Shown: positions 10,989 through 19,443 of the stretch, piece by piece
Layout: each line of letters opens with the position of its first letter
How positions within the stretch are numbered: the first letter of the stretch is position 1
Source: Bacteroidota bacterium
Lineage (GTDB): Bacteria > Bacteroidota > Bacteroidia > Bacteroidales > GCA-2748055
Length of the DNA: 58,978 nucleotides
Direction: 5' to 3'
NCBI GenBank assembly: GCA_003648635.1
Contig: QMPQ01000002.1
Coordinates: forward strand, 1-58,978
Notes under the pieces: generated by a model
The model's database searches: none
The model's input: only the letters and a program-made list of their open reading frames with translations
Told to the model about the DNA's origin: nothing
Position numbers and translations under genes: made by a program

Positions 10989-11642
10989 TTATTGCAGTTT
11001 TTCCAGTTCGGTCCGGGTGTCCTTTTCTCCCCAGCTGGGCCAGAGAGGGTCTTCGTTTGTGAAAGCTTCAAATTTGACCAGGGCCTCCTCCAGAATCGGT
11101 TTGGCAACATCGGCTCCTCCGCCAAAGGAAGGGGGAAGGTTCAGCTTGTTAACTCCTTCCAGGAAATAGCTGCGTGGATTTTCAGGATTCAGGCTCTTGG
11201 CCTTCTCCAGCGATGCGAACATCTTTTCAATGTAGGTCATGCCTCTGCCCATGGGATCGACCAGGATTCTGGAGGGATAGAGGAAGGCCTGCAGGACATG
11301 GAGCTCCGACTCTTTGGGCTCCAGTTCCAGCGCCTGGTCGAGCAATTCCTGGGCCCTGTCCAGAATCAGATCTCTCTGCGCGCCGTCGCCCTCATCGTAA
11401 CTCATCGAAACAAGGGAATATGAGGCATAATAATAGGGCATCCATTTGCTCTTTTCTGCCGTGGCAATGCGTTCAAAGCGGTTTGCGCTCTCCGCAAGTT
11501 CACCGGGTTCTAAGGCCTGTTCCATCAGCTCGATGGCACTCTTCATGGCACTCGTGTAAGGATCTTGCTGTCCTTTTGCCTGCATGTTCCATACAACAAG
11601 GGAAATCAGGGTAATACTCAGAATCATTAATTTGGTTTTCAT
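10989..11642 (-). CDS. hypothetical secreted, predicted alpha-helical (TPR-like) protein
   Basis: Signal peptide MKTKLMILSITLISLVVWNMQA, followed by 217 aa rich in helix-forming residues. I recognise no catalytic motif. It lies 10 nt downstream of the TonB receptor gene. Confidence 0.5.
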   Translation of the reverse strand: MKTKLMILSITLISLVVWNMQAKGQQDPYTSAMKSAIELMEQALEPGELAESANRFERIATAEKSKWMPYYYASYSLVSMSYDEGDGAQRDLILDRAQELLDQALELEPKESELHVLQAFLYPSRILVDPMGRGMTYIEKMFASLEKAKSLNPENPRSYFLEGVNKLNLPPSFGGGADVAKPILEEALVKFEAFTNEDPLWPSWGEKDTRTELEKLQ

Positions 11643-11652
11643 AATATGTGTT

Positions 11653-13779
11653 TTAAAGTGAAATCATAAACATTAATACGGCCATGGTGCCCGTGGTTGG
11701 TACAATGGCCTGGGATGGATATGTCCCGCTCTCATCCGGGGTTCCGGCATAGCTGTAGCCAAATACATTATCAAAGCCCAGCAGATTGGTGATGTTCAGG
11801 TGGATGATGCAATCTTTGCTGAACAATGTAGTCAGATAGGTGAGGTTCAGGCTGATATCGTTGTAGGCCCGGGTTCGCCCATCCATAAAAACGGGACTGT
11901 TCGGATCATTATAGGGTCTGCCGCTGGCGAAAGAGTAGGTGATTCCACCCAGGATTTTCAAACGTTCGAAGAAGCGCTTGTAAACCACCGAAAGGTTGTG
12001 GGCCGAAGCAAATGAGGGGATGACACTTTCAGGATAATCCTGGTAGTCTCTGGAGGTGTTCAAAAAACTATAAGAGATCCAGTAATCGGAACCCCGCAGG
12101 CTCTCGCTGTCACGCCAGAAGAAGTCGATGCCCTGTGCCCTTCCGTAACCATCGTTGTTGTAATCTGCAGCCACAAGACTGTAAAGTGAGGCAAATTTCA
12201 CCAGCTCGTCATAATATTTGAGATAGCCCTCCACCCTGAAGGTCCTTCTATGCTTCCGGTATTGAAAGTTGAGTATATAGTGATCTGCCTTTTCAGGAGA
12301 AAGATCGGGTGCGAACTGTAGATATTCATTCTCCGGTTTTTGCCGGTATTTGCCCCAGGCAAAGGAGAACTGGCTGTAGGTTCCGGTTTTGTATGCCGCA
12401 GATATTCGTGGCAGTAATGCCGGTTCCTGGAGTAGTGAGGAGTACTCTGCCCTGATCCCGGTGCGAAGTGCCAGCTTTTTTGAAATTTTCCACTCTGTCT
12501 CCGCGAAAAGGGAGGGCAGATTATCTATCATCTCCATACTGATGGTGCTGTCGCTGGTGATCGTTTGACTGTACCAGCCCCTGTTAAAATCTCCACCGAA
12601 ACGGGTCTTGAATTTTTCAGTAGTCAGATGGGTGAATGTTAATTTCACGGAAGCTCCAGTGTTCACAGTGGTCACCGGAATACCGGCATAGTTGATCTTC
12701 TCGCTATCACGACTGTAGGCTACTCCTGTGCGGATCAACCACTTCTCAGATAGTTGATCCGTATAGCTGGTATTGGTATAAAAGTTTAGATTGTCCATCT
12801 TCATATTATCCATAGTACCAGCCTCAAAATTGTCATAATTCATTCCCATGCTTATGGAGTTGAAGGAGCCGAAGGATTTTAGCAATCCATTCTCTCCGAT
12901 CTGCTGCCTGAACATAAGCATCCCATCACCAAGAACAGGAGCTTTGGTCCAGTCCACATGTTGTTTGAATAGTTTGTGGGTGAGAGTACTGTTGGCATAC
13001 AAACCGGTCACAGCCAGCGAGCTCTTCTCCCAGCGTTTTGCCCAGGATGCGTTTAGCCCCACACTCATCACTGCCACACTGGCCTTGTCTTCTGTCTCCA
13101 GTCCGTTTGTAGTCAGGTCCACAATGGAGGAGAGGGCGTGACCATACTCGGCCGAGTAGCCCCCGGTGCTGAAGAGGGTTTCGGAGAAGAGCAGGGGCGA
13201 GAAGCGCCCCCTGGTGGGAACATCAGGCATACTGGAGAAGAAGGGCGATTGAACCACCATGCCATCCATATAGGTCTTGGTTTCATAGCTCTCGCCTCCG
13301 CGAACAAATAGCATCCCTTCTTCGCCCACTTTCTGGGAACCGGGCATGGTGGCGTAGGCGCCATAGATATCTCCCACCGCGCTGGCTGTGCTGGCAATAT
13401 CATAGGAAGAGAGAGTGGCTGATTTTTTCTCATCGCTGGCACTGAAGATTCCTGCGGTGATTACTACCTCATTTAGTTCACTCACAGCTTCTTCCAGGAT
13501 GATTACGACTGGCCAGCGAAGGGTGTCGAGGTCCACCTCCAGCATCTGTTTTTCAAAACCTATGAAACTGGCAACCAATACTTGTCTTCCCGTGAGGGTG
13601 GTTGTTAATTTAAATGCACCGGTGGTATCTGAGGTGCATCCGTCATAGGATCCTTCCAGATAGACATTTGCAAATGATACCGGCCTGCCTTTACGGTCCA
13701 TGATGTTGCCTGCGAGGTGCTGCTGGGCTCCGGCACTTGCGGTCAGAAGTATCAGAAGTATTGTGCTTAAATGTCTCAT
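11653..13779 (-). CDS. TonB-dependent receptor with N-terminal CarboxypepD_reg-like domain
   Basis: Signal peptide, then GNIMDRKGRPVSFANVYLEG...TGAFKL (carboxypeptidase-regulatory-like fold), a plug region and a long beta-barrel with a terminal aromatic-rich strand. 708 aa. No SusD-like partner follows. Confidence 0.8.
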   Translation of the reverse strand: MRHLSTILLILLTASAGAQQHLAGNIMDRKGRPVSFANVYLEGSYDGCTSDTTGAFKLTTTLTGRQVLVASFIGFEKQMLEVDLDTLRWPVVIILEEAVSELNEVVITAGIFSASDEKKSATLSSYDIASTASAVGDIYGAYATMPGSQKVGEEGMLFVRGGESYETKTYMDGMVVQSPFFSSMPDVPTRGRFSPLLFSETLFSTGGYSAEYGHALSSIVDLTTNGLETEDKASVAVMSVGLNASWAKRWEKSSLAVTGLYANSTLTHKLFKQHVDWTKAPVLGDGMLMFRQQIGENGLLKSFGSFNSISMGMNYDNFEAGTMDNMKMDNLNFYTNTSYTDQLSEKWLIRTGVAYSRDSEKINYAGIPVTTVNTGASVKLTFTHLTTEKFKTRFGGDFNRGWYSQTITSDSTISMEMIDNLPSLFAETEWKISKKLALRTGIRAEYSSLLQEPALLPRISAAYKTGTYSQFSFAWGKYRQKPENEYLQFAPDLSPEKADHYILNFQYRKHRRTFRVEGYLKYYDELVKFASLYSLVAADYNNDGYGRAQGIDFFWRDSESLRGSDYWISYSFLNTSRDYQDYPESVIPSFASAHNLSVVYKRFFERLKILGGITYSFASGRPYNDPNSPVFMDGRTRAYNDISLNLTYLTTLFSKDCIIHLNITNLLGFDNVFGYSYAGTPDESGTYPSQAIVPTTGTMAVLMFMISL

Positions 13780-14056
13780 CAGTTCACAATTTTTGATAAT
13801 GTAAAATTATGAACAGCCTGAGTCAGAAAAAAAAGTATCTGCCTGAAACTGCAAATACAGGAGATGAATGGTATAATGTGGAGATAAATGGAAAACCTCT
13901 ATCTCTACGATCAAGGGAATGCATCTCCGGCAATTCGTGCTGAGATCATGGAACAGTTGGAATTGTTTCAGGAGGGTTATGTGGAGGCTGCCGATCTGGT
14001 ATCCTCCGACTGCTGTTTTTAATTATCCGTTCAATAGTCAGGCGAAGCAGACAGGC

Positions 14057-15454
14057 TTAGTAATAGGTGACTACATCAACCTTATTCCATGCACCTCTTG
14101 TAAAATCGGGAATCTTCACCGGCATCCCCTGATTTTCTATGGACTTTTCGGATAGCTCAATGATGGAAGACCATTCAGCCGCATCATACACATCCATATC
14201 CAGAGGCAGGCCGTTCCTCAGACAGTGGATCAAGCGGTAATCCATGGTGAAATCCATGCCTCCATGTCCGCCAACCTTCCTGGCAAGCTCTCCTACCTCC
14301 TTGGTGATGGGGTGCTCATAGTCTGCCAGAAGTTTTTCCATCTCTTCATCTTCCATGAAACTGTGCGTAAAAGGCTCCAGGGCAATTCCCTGTATGGGCC
14401 ATTTCTGAACAAAGCCCTTGGTGCCGCTGAGCAGATGAATCCTGCTGTAGGGACGCGGACTGGTCACATCGTGCTGGATCATCATGCTTTTGCCTTTGGC
14501 TGTTTTAATCAGGGTGGTATTCATATCTCCCCTGGCGTAGTCCCTTGTGGCATAATCTGAGTCTTCTCCGAATTTCTTTTTAGCAAATTCGGTCATGCCA
14601 AACTGATTGCTGGCTACGGAGACCAGGTACTCCATTTTATCTCCCCGGTGGATATTCAGAATGTGGCAGATTGGACCGAATCCATGGGTGGGGTAGAGGT
14701 TGGCATTTCGTGTCTCATTGTGCCTTAGCCTCCACATATCCCAGTACCCATTCGTTTCATTGAAAACACCTTTCCTGAGATCGTGAATATAAGCCCCCTC
14801 AGCATGTACAATTTCACCCAGGAGTCCCTGCCTGACCATATTCAGAGTTGCCAGTTCGAAGAAGTCATAGTTGCAGTTTTCAAGTTGCATGCAATGGCGC
14901 CTGGTTTTTTCTGCTGTGTTTACAAGCTGCCAGCATTCCTCGATAGAGATGGCTATGGGTACCTCGCTAGCCACATGCTTGCCCTGCTCCATGGCATAAA
15001 CCGCGATGGGTGTATGCAGGTCCCAGTGGGTGCAAACATACACCAGATCCACATCTTCTCTTTCACACACCTTTTTCCAGTCCTCCGGACCGGAATAGCT
15101 ATCAACTTTTGGAAATCCGGCCTCCTGAAGAATTTCCTGCGATTTATCCAGATTCTCCTGGACCAGGTCACAAAGGGCCACAATTTTCACTCCATCAAGA
15201 AAGGTGTAGCGGCGTAAAGCCCCTTTGCCTCTTCCGCCCAGACCTATAAAAGCCACATGAACAGTATCTATGGGATCGCAACGCAGTTCGATCACATCGC
15301 TTTGCCCTTCCGGTCTGGGAGGTTCAGGGAACAGTTCCCTGGCCGTAAACAGGGTTTCTTCGCCCTGTTTTTCAGCAGGAACACATGCTCCCAGTGCAAT
15401 TATAATGATGAATAGGGGCAACAGTAAACGGATTGGTCTCAGGTTAGTTTTCAT
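14057..15454 (-). CDS. Gfo/Idh/MocA-fold NAD-dependent glycosidase-like lipoprotein (GH109-like)
   Basis: Lipobox ALGAC and a Rossmann motif VAFIGLGGRGKG. The 465-aa size and exported location match GH109 alpha-N-acetylgalactosaminidase-type enzymes. The family-level call is by resemblance only. Confidence 0.55.
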   Translation of the reverse strand: MKTNLRPIRLLLPLFIIIIALGACVPAEKQGEETLFTARELFPEPPRPEGQSDVIELRCDPIDTVHVAFIGLGGRGKGALRRYTFLDGVKIVALCDLVQENLDKSQEILQEAGFPKVDSYSGPEDWKKVCEREDVDLVYVCTHWDLHTPIAVYAMEQGKHVASEVPIAISIEECWQLVNTAEKTRRHCMQLENCNYDFFELATLNMVRQGLLGEIVHAEGAYIHDLRKGVFNETNGYWDMWRLRHNETRNANLYPTHGFGPICHILNIHRGDKMEYLVSVASNQFGMTEFAKKKFGEDSDYATRDYARGDMNTTLIKTAKGKSMMIQHDVTSPRPYSRIHLLSGTKGFVQKWPIQGIALEPFTHSFMEDEEMEKLLADYEHPITKEVGELARKVGGHGGMDFTMDYRLIHCLRNGLPLDMDVYDAAEWSSIIELSEKSIENQGMPVKIPDFTRGAWNKVDVVTYY

Positions 15455-15478
15455 CTTGATCGGTTTGTAAAATGAGTT

Positions 15479-16840
15479 CTATAATTTTATTAAGTCAATT
15501 TCTGAAGCAGGCCTGTCCAGTGTTAATTCGATGACACTGGCCACCTTATCAGGCAGTTCTTTGGGCAGGCTCAGGGTAAGTGTTTCATCGTCCCGGCTTA
15601 CCTTCAGGCTTGAGTTATCCTGAAGGAACCGGGCACTCCTGACAGTGACGTCTTCTGCAAGAGGCAGAACCAGCTTTTTGCCAGGCTTGCTCAGCAGGTG
15701 GAGGTATATCTTATTTCCTTTATGTGTGCTGACAATCTTTTCAGTGGGCAGAAAGGGGCCGCCACGTGTTCCATATACCGCCTCCTGGTTGATGGAGAGC
15801 CACTGGCCTATTTCTGTCAGTATTTCCACCTGCCTTTCCTCAATGCGGCCATCGGGCATGGGTCCTACATTAAATAAGAGGTTTCCATCCCCCCCCACAG
15901 TCTGTAAGAGGGTGTGAATGCATTCCTTCTTTGATTTTAGTATGTCATTGGGTTTCCATGCCCACTGCTCTCCGATAGTCATACAGGTTTCCCAGGCAAA
16001 TTTATTATCAAAGGCACCAATCTGTTGCTCCGGAGTGGCAAAATCGCCGGCAAAGCGGGCAGTCCTGGATTTGTCTTCCATCCCTTCTCTTCCTTTGTCC
16101 ACCCGGTTATTAATCAGAATATCATCCTTCATTCCCCGGAGGTAGGCGTACATATCCGTTCCCATTTCATGGGTCCAGGCCCATTCCCATTCTCCATCAA
16201 ACCAAATTAGGAAGGTATTATAGTCTTCAATCAGTTCTCTAAGCTGATTCTTCATAAAGGTGATATAATGCTCCATTTGCACCTGTGTTGCTGAATCCAT
16301 GCTCCTGGCTTCATTGAAGGTGTAGTCCGGTGCCGGATAATCCACAGGGTAATCATCCCGATACCAGTCACAGATGGAGTAGTAGGTCCCGAACTTAATT
16401 CCCTGTTTCTCACACTCTTCTGCCAGCTCCTTCAGGATACCTTTGCCATAGGGAGTGGCCGACATATCATAATCGGTATATTCACTGTCCCAGAGACTGA
16501 ATCCGTCATGATGCCGGCTGGTAATAATAATGTATTGCATCCCGGCTGCTTTGGCCGCTCCAACCCATTCTGCCGCAGAGTATAATTCCGGATTGAACTC
16601 CTTATATAGCTGATCATATTCCTCCTTGGGAATTTCCCTGCCTCTGGACCAGGAGATTTCCTCTCCCTTTAATGATACAGGACCCCAGTGGATGAACATG
16701 CCAAAACGCATCTCCTGGAATTCCTTCAATGATTTTTGCCTGGTAAGCAGGTCGGGATTCAGGTCTCCTCCGCCTGAATACTGAGCCTGTCCGTAAGAGG
16801 CTATCAGCAATAAGAAAAGTGTCCAGATAAATTGTTTCAT
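15479..16840 (-). CDS. alpha-L-fucosidase, glycoside hydrolase family 29
   Basis: RFGMFIHWGPVS, ITSRHHDGFSLWDS and LIWFDGEW blocks are typical of GH29. A signal peptide is present. Confidence 0.85.
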   Translation of the reverse strand: MKQFIWTLFLLLIASYGQAQYSGGGDLNPDLLTRQKSLKEFQEMRFGMFIHWGPVSLKGEEISWSRGREIPKEEYDQLYKEFNPELYSAAEWVGAAKAAGMQYIIITSRHHDGFSLWDSEYTDYDMSATPYGKGILKELAEECEKQGIKFGTYYSICDWYRDDYPVDYPAPDYTFNEARSMDSATQVQMEHYITFMKNQLRELIEDYNTFLIWFDGEWEWAWTHEMGTDMYAYLRGMKDDILINNRVDKGREGMEDKSRTARFAGDFATPEQQIGAFDNKFAWETCMTIGEQWAWKPNDILKSKKECIHTLLQTVGGDGNLLFNVGPMPDGRIEERQVEILTEIGQWLSINQEAVYGTRGGPFLPTEKIVSTHKGNKIYLHLLSKPGKKLVLPLAEDVTVRSARFLQDNSSLKVSRDDETLTLSLPKELPDKVASVIELTLDRPASEIDLIKL

Positions 16841-16902
16841 GATTCAGAAAAGTATTGTGAGTGCATGCAATTTAGCATGAAAATTACATAACTTTATAGA
16901 CT

Positions 16903-18699
16903 ATGCTAAGTATTTTTCTTCAGATATGGCTCCTGTGCCTGCCCCTGTGGTCAGAACCAGGAACGGTAGAAAAACCAGCTGAAGTATACATTCGTATAAA
17001 CCAGGTGGGTTACCGATGCGATGAACAGAAGCAGGCCATTCTTTTTTCGTCTGAAAAGCTTAAAGAAACCTTTACGCTGACCTATGCAGAATCGGGAAAG
17101 CCGTTGCTTACCATTAGGCCTCTCAGGTCTGAAAAAAAGACCTGGGGTGCTTTTGAATACTACTATACCTGCGATTTTAGCCGTGTGACAGAGCAGGGCT
17201 CCTTTTTTCTAGTGGGAGACAAAAGCGGAACCAGGAGTCCGGTCTTTCAAATATCGGACTCTGCCTATAATCACCTTCAGGAAGACTTGCTTGGTTTTAT
17301 GCGTCAGCAACGTTGTGGATACAACCCCACCCTGGATATGGTCTGTCATCAGCATGATGGCCGCTCCTTTTATGGTCCCATGCCCGATTCAACTTTCGTG
17401 GATGTAAGCGGAGGTTGGCATGATGCTGGAGACATGCTCAAATACCTGATTTCAGGATCTTATGCTACGGCTCATATGTTGCTGACCTATGAACTGTATC
17501 CCGATCGCTTTGAGGACAGGTGCAATGCTTTGGGGCAGCCAGTAAGCAATGGGATTCCTGATGTGCTGGATGAGGCAAAGTGGGGACTTGACTGGATCCA
17601 TAAACTGCACCCCGCACCAGATCAGCTGGTACACCAGGTGGCGGACGATCGCGATCATATGGGGTGGAAGATGCCCGACCAGGATCGGTCCGATTACGGC
17701 TGGGGGGAGAACTCTTACCGGCCGGCCTATTTTGCCACCGGGGAACCCCAGGGACTTAAGCGCTACCAGAGTGAGGCCACAGGGGTCGCCAATCTGGCGG
17801 GTCGCTCTGCAGCGGCCATGGCACTTGCTGCGCGCATTTGGAAGAAGGAGCTGGGAGATCCCCCGTTTGCTGATAGTTGTCTGGAGGCCGCTATCACCCT
17901 CTACAAGCTGGGTGGGTTGAAGGAGGGATTTCAACAGGGCAATTCTTATGGGGCACCATATCGTTATGGCGAGCAAAGCTGGGCCGATGATATGGAGTGG
18001 GGGGCTGCTGAGCTGTATAAAGCCACCGGAGAAAGAAGCTATCTGGAAGATGCCCTCAGGTACGCCAGGATGGCAGGAGCAGTCTCCTGGATGCCCCTGG
18101 ACACTACAGAACACTACCAGTACTACCCCTTTATTAATATGGGTCACTATGCACTTTACGATGCTGTGAATGAAGCGCAAAAAGACAGCCTGGTCGCCTA
18201 TTACCGCGCCGGGATTGAAAGCTGCCTGGCCAGGGCAGGAACGAATCCTTACGGGATCGGGATCCCCTTTATCTGGTGTTCCAACAACCTGCTTACCAGC
18301 CTTATTGCACAGGTGATTCTGTATGAGCATATGACCGGCGATAAGCGTTATGCCGGATTCTTACTGAAGCAGCGCGATTGGCTTTTTGGACGGAATCCCT
18401 GGGGAACTTCCATGTTTACGGGGATCCCGGAGGGAGGTGAGTACCCGGTGGATGTTCATACCAGTATCTATGCTTTAACAGGGATGGAAGTGGCCGGGGG
18501 ACTGGTAGACGGACCGGTGTATGGGACCATCTACAGGTCGCTGAAAGGACTGCACCTGAACGACCCGGATGAATTTGCAGCTGTGCAGAATCCCTTTGTG
18601 GTTTACCACGACGATAAGGGCGATTACTCCACCAACGAACCCACCATGGATGGAACAGCCGGTGCCATTCTGATGATGGCTCATTTCGCCGGTCGCTAA
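16903..18699 (+). CDS. glycoside hydrolase family 9 with N-terminal Ig-like (CelD_N) domain
   Basis: GGWHDAGDMLKY (GH9 signature), a DRDHMGW block and a C-terminal YSTNEPTMDGTAG block. 598 aa. Confidence 0.85.
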   Translation: MLSIFLQIWLLCLPLWSEPGTVEKPAEVYIRINQVGYRCDEQKQAILFSSEKLKETFTLTYAESGKPLLTIRPLRSEKKTWGAFEYYYTCDFSRVTEQGSFFLVGDKSGTRSPVFQISDSAYNHLQEDLLGFMRQQRCGYNPTLDMVCHQHDGRSFYGPMPDSTFVDVSGGWHDAGDMLKYLISGSYATAHMLLTYELYPDRFEDRCNALGQPVSNGIPDVLDEAKWGLDWIHKLHPAPDQLVHQVADDRDHMGWKMPDQDRSDYGWGENSYRPAYFATGEPQGLKRYQSEATGVANLAGRSAAAMALAARIWKKELGDPPFADSCLEAAITLYKLGGLKEGFQQGNSYGAPYRYGEQSWADDMEWGAAELYKATGERSYLEDALRYARMAGAVSWMPLDTTEHYQYYPFINMGHYALYDAVNEAQKDSLVAYYRAGIESCLARAGTNPYGIGIPFIWCSNNLLTSLIAQVILYEHMTGDKRYAGFLLKQRDWLFGRNPWGTSMFTGIPEGGEYPVDVHTSIYALTGMEVAGGLVDGPVYGTIYRSLKGLHLNDPDEFAAVQNPFVVYHDDKGDYSTNEPTMDGTAGAILMMAHFAGR

Positions 18700-19043
18700 G
18701 TTCCTTTTTTTTGCAGCAGAATCTCGGTGGGTTCTATGGTCACCAGGCATCCTTTGGGCATGCTTTGCAGCTCCTCTTCAATCTCGCTGTAGAAGAGCTC
18801 AAGCTTTTCTGTTTCATCCACAAATTCAATTACCACAGGTAACTTTTCGGTTAATTCCCAGAACCTCGAGGAGTGAATCGCAGAGCTGGATCCATATCCC
18901 ATGATGCCCCTGAATACAGTAGCACCGCTGATTCCTTTCTTTTTGGCCAGTTCAACCAGGTGCTGGTAGAGCGGTTTGGTGCCAATCTTATCGGTGGTAC
19001 TGGCTTTGATCTTGAGCCTGCTGTATTTGGAATCCCGTGTCAT
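18696..19043 (-). CDS. DUF190 (PII-like) protein commonly linked to crcB
   Basis: 115 aa. PLYQHLVELAKKKGISGATVFRGIMGYG is the DUF190 core. It lies 13 nt downstream of crcB. Confidence 0.75.
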   Translation of the reverse strand: MTRDSKYSRLKIKASTTDKIGTKPLYQHLVELAKKKGISGATVFRGIMGYGSSSAIHSSRFWELTEKLPVVIEFVDETEKLELFYSEIEEELQSMPKGCLVTIEPTEILLQKKGT

Positions 19044-19056
19044 TTTTTCGTATTTT

Positions 19057-19437
19057 TTAAGCCATTAACTTGGTAGAAATGTATCCCAGGTAAACTGCTG
19101 CGAATCCAAGGAAAACGCTCAAGGCTGTATAAAGAAGCAGGGGAAGAATCTGTCCGTTCTTCAGGAGAACCAGGTTCTCGCCTGTGAAGGAGGAGAAGGT
19201 TGTAAATCCTCCACACAGACCAACCATCAGAAACATCCTCCACTCTACGGTCAGGACAGGACTCTTCTCAGAGATCCCAATCAGGAATCCGATAAGCAGG
19301 CTTCCAAGAACATTCACAGTGAGAGTACCAATGGGTATGGAGAGCCAATCGATGCGGGTGTTAAGCCGGGAAATCAGGAAGCGGGCCACGCTCCCGATAA
19401 ATCCTCCGGCACCTATCAGTAAAAGTTGTTTAAGCAT
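19057..19437 (-). CDS. crcB: fluoride channel CrcB/Fluc
   Basis: 126 aa with 4 TM segments. GAGGFIGSVAR, GTLTVNVLGS and GLCGGFTTFSSF are conserved CrcB blocks. Confidence 0.9.
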   Translation of the reverse strand: MLKQLLLIGAGGFIGSVARFLISRLNTRIDWLSIPIGTLTVNVLGSLLIGFLIGISEKSPVLTVEWRMFLMVGLCGGFTTFSSFTGENLVLLKNGQILPLLLYTALSVFLGFAAVYLGYISTKLMA

Positions 19438-19443
19438 ATTTTA

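Noticed and set aside
17452-18330. Long antisense ORFs, such as the 292-aa one opposite GH9. Others: 1605-2372, 19744-20457, 32740-33324, 33898-34530, 39804-40328, 47051-47839 and 56499-57041.
   Set aside because: Each lies entirely inside a strongly supported gene on the other strand. Each has Arg/Pro/Gly/Ser- or Leu-rich shadow composition and no recognisable motifs.
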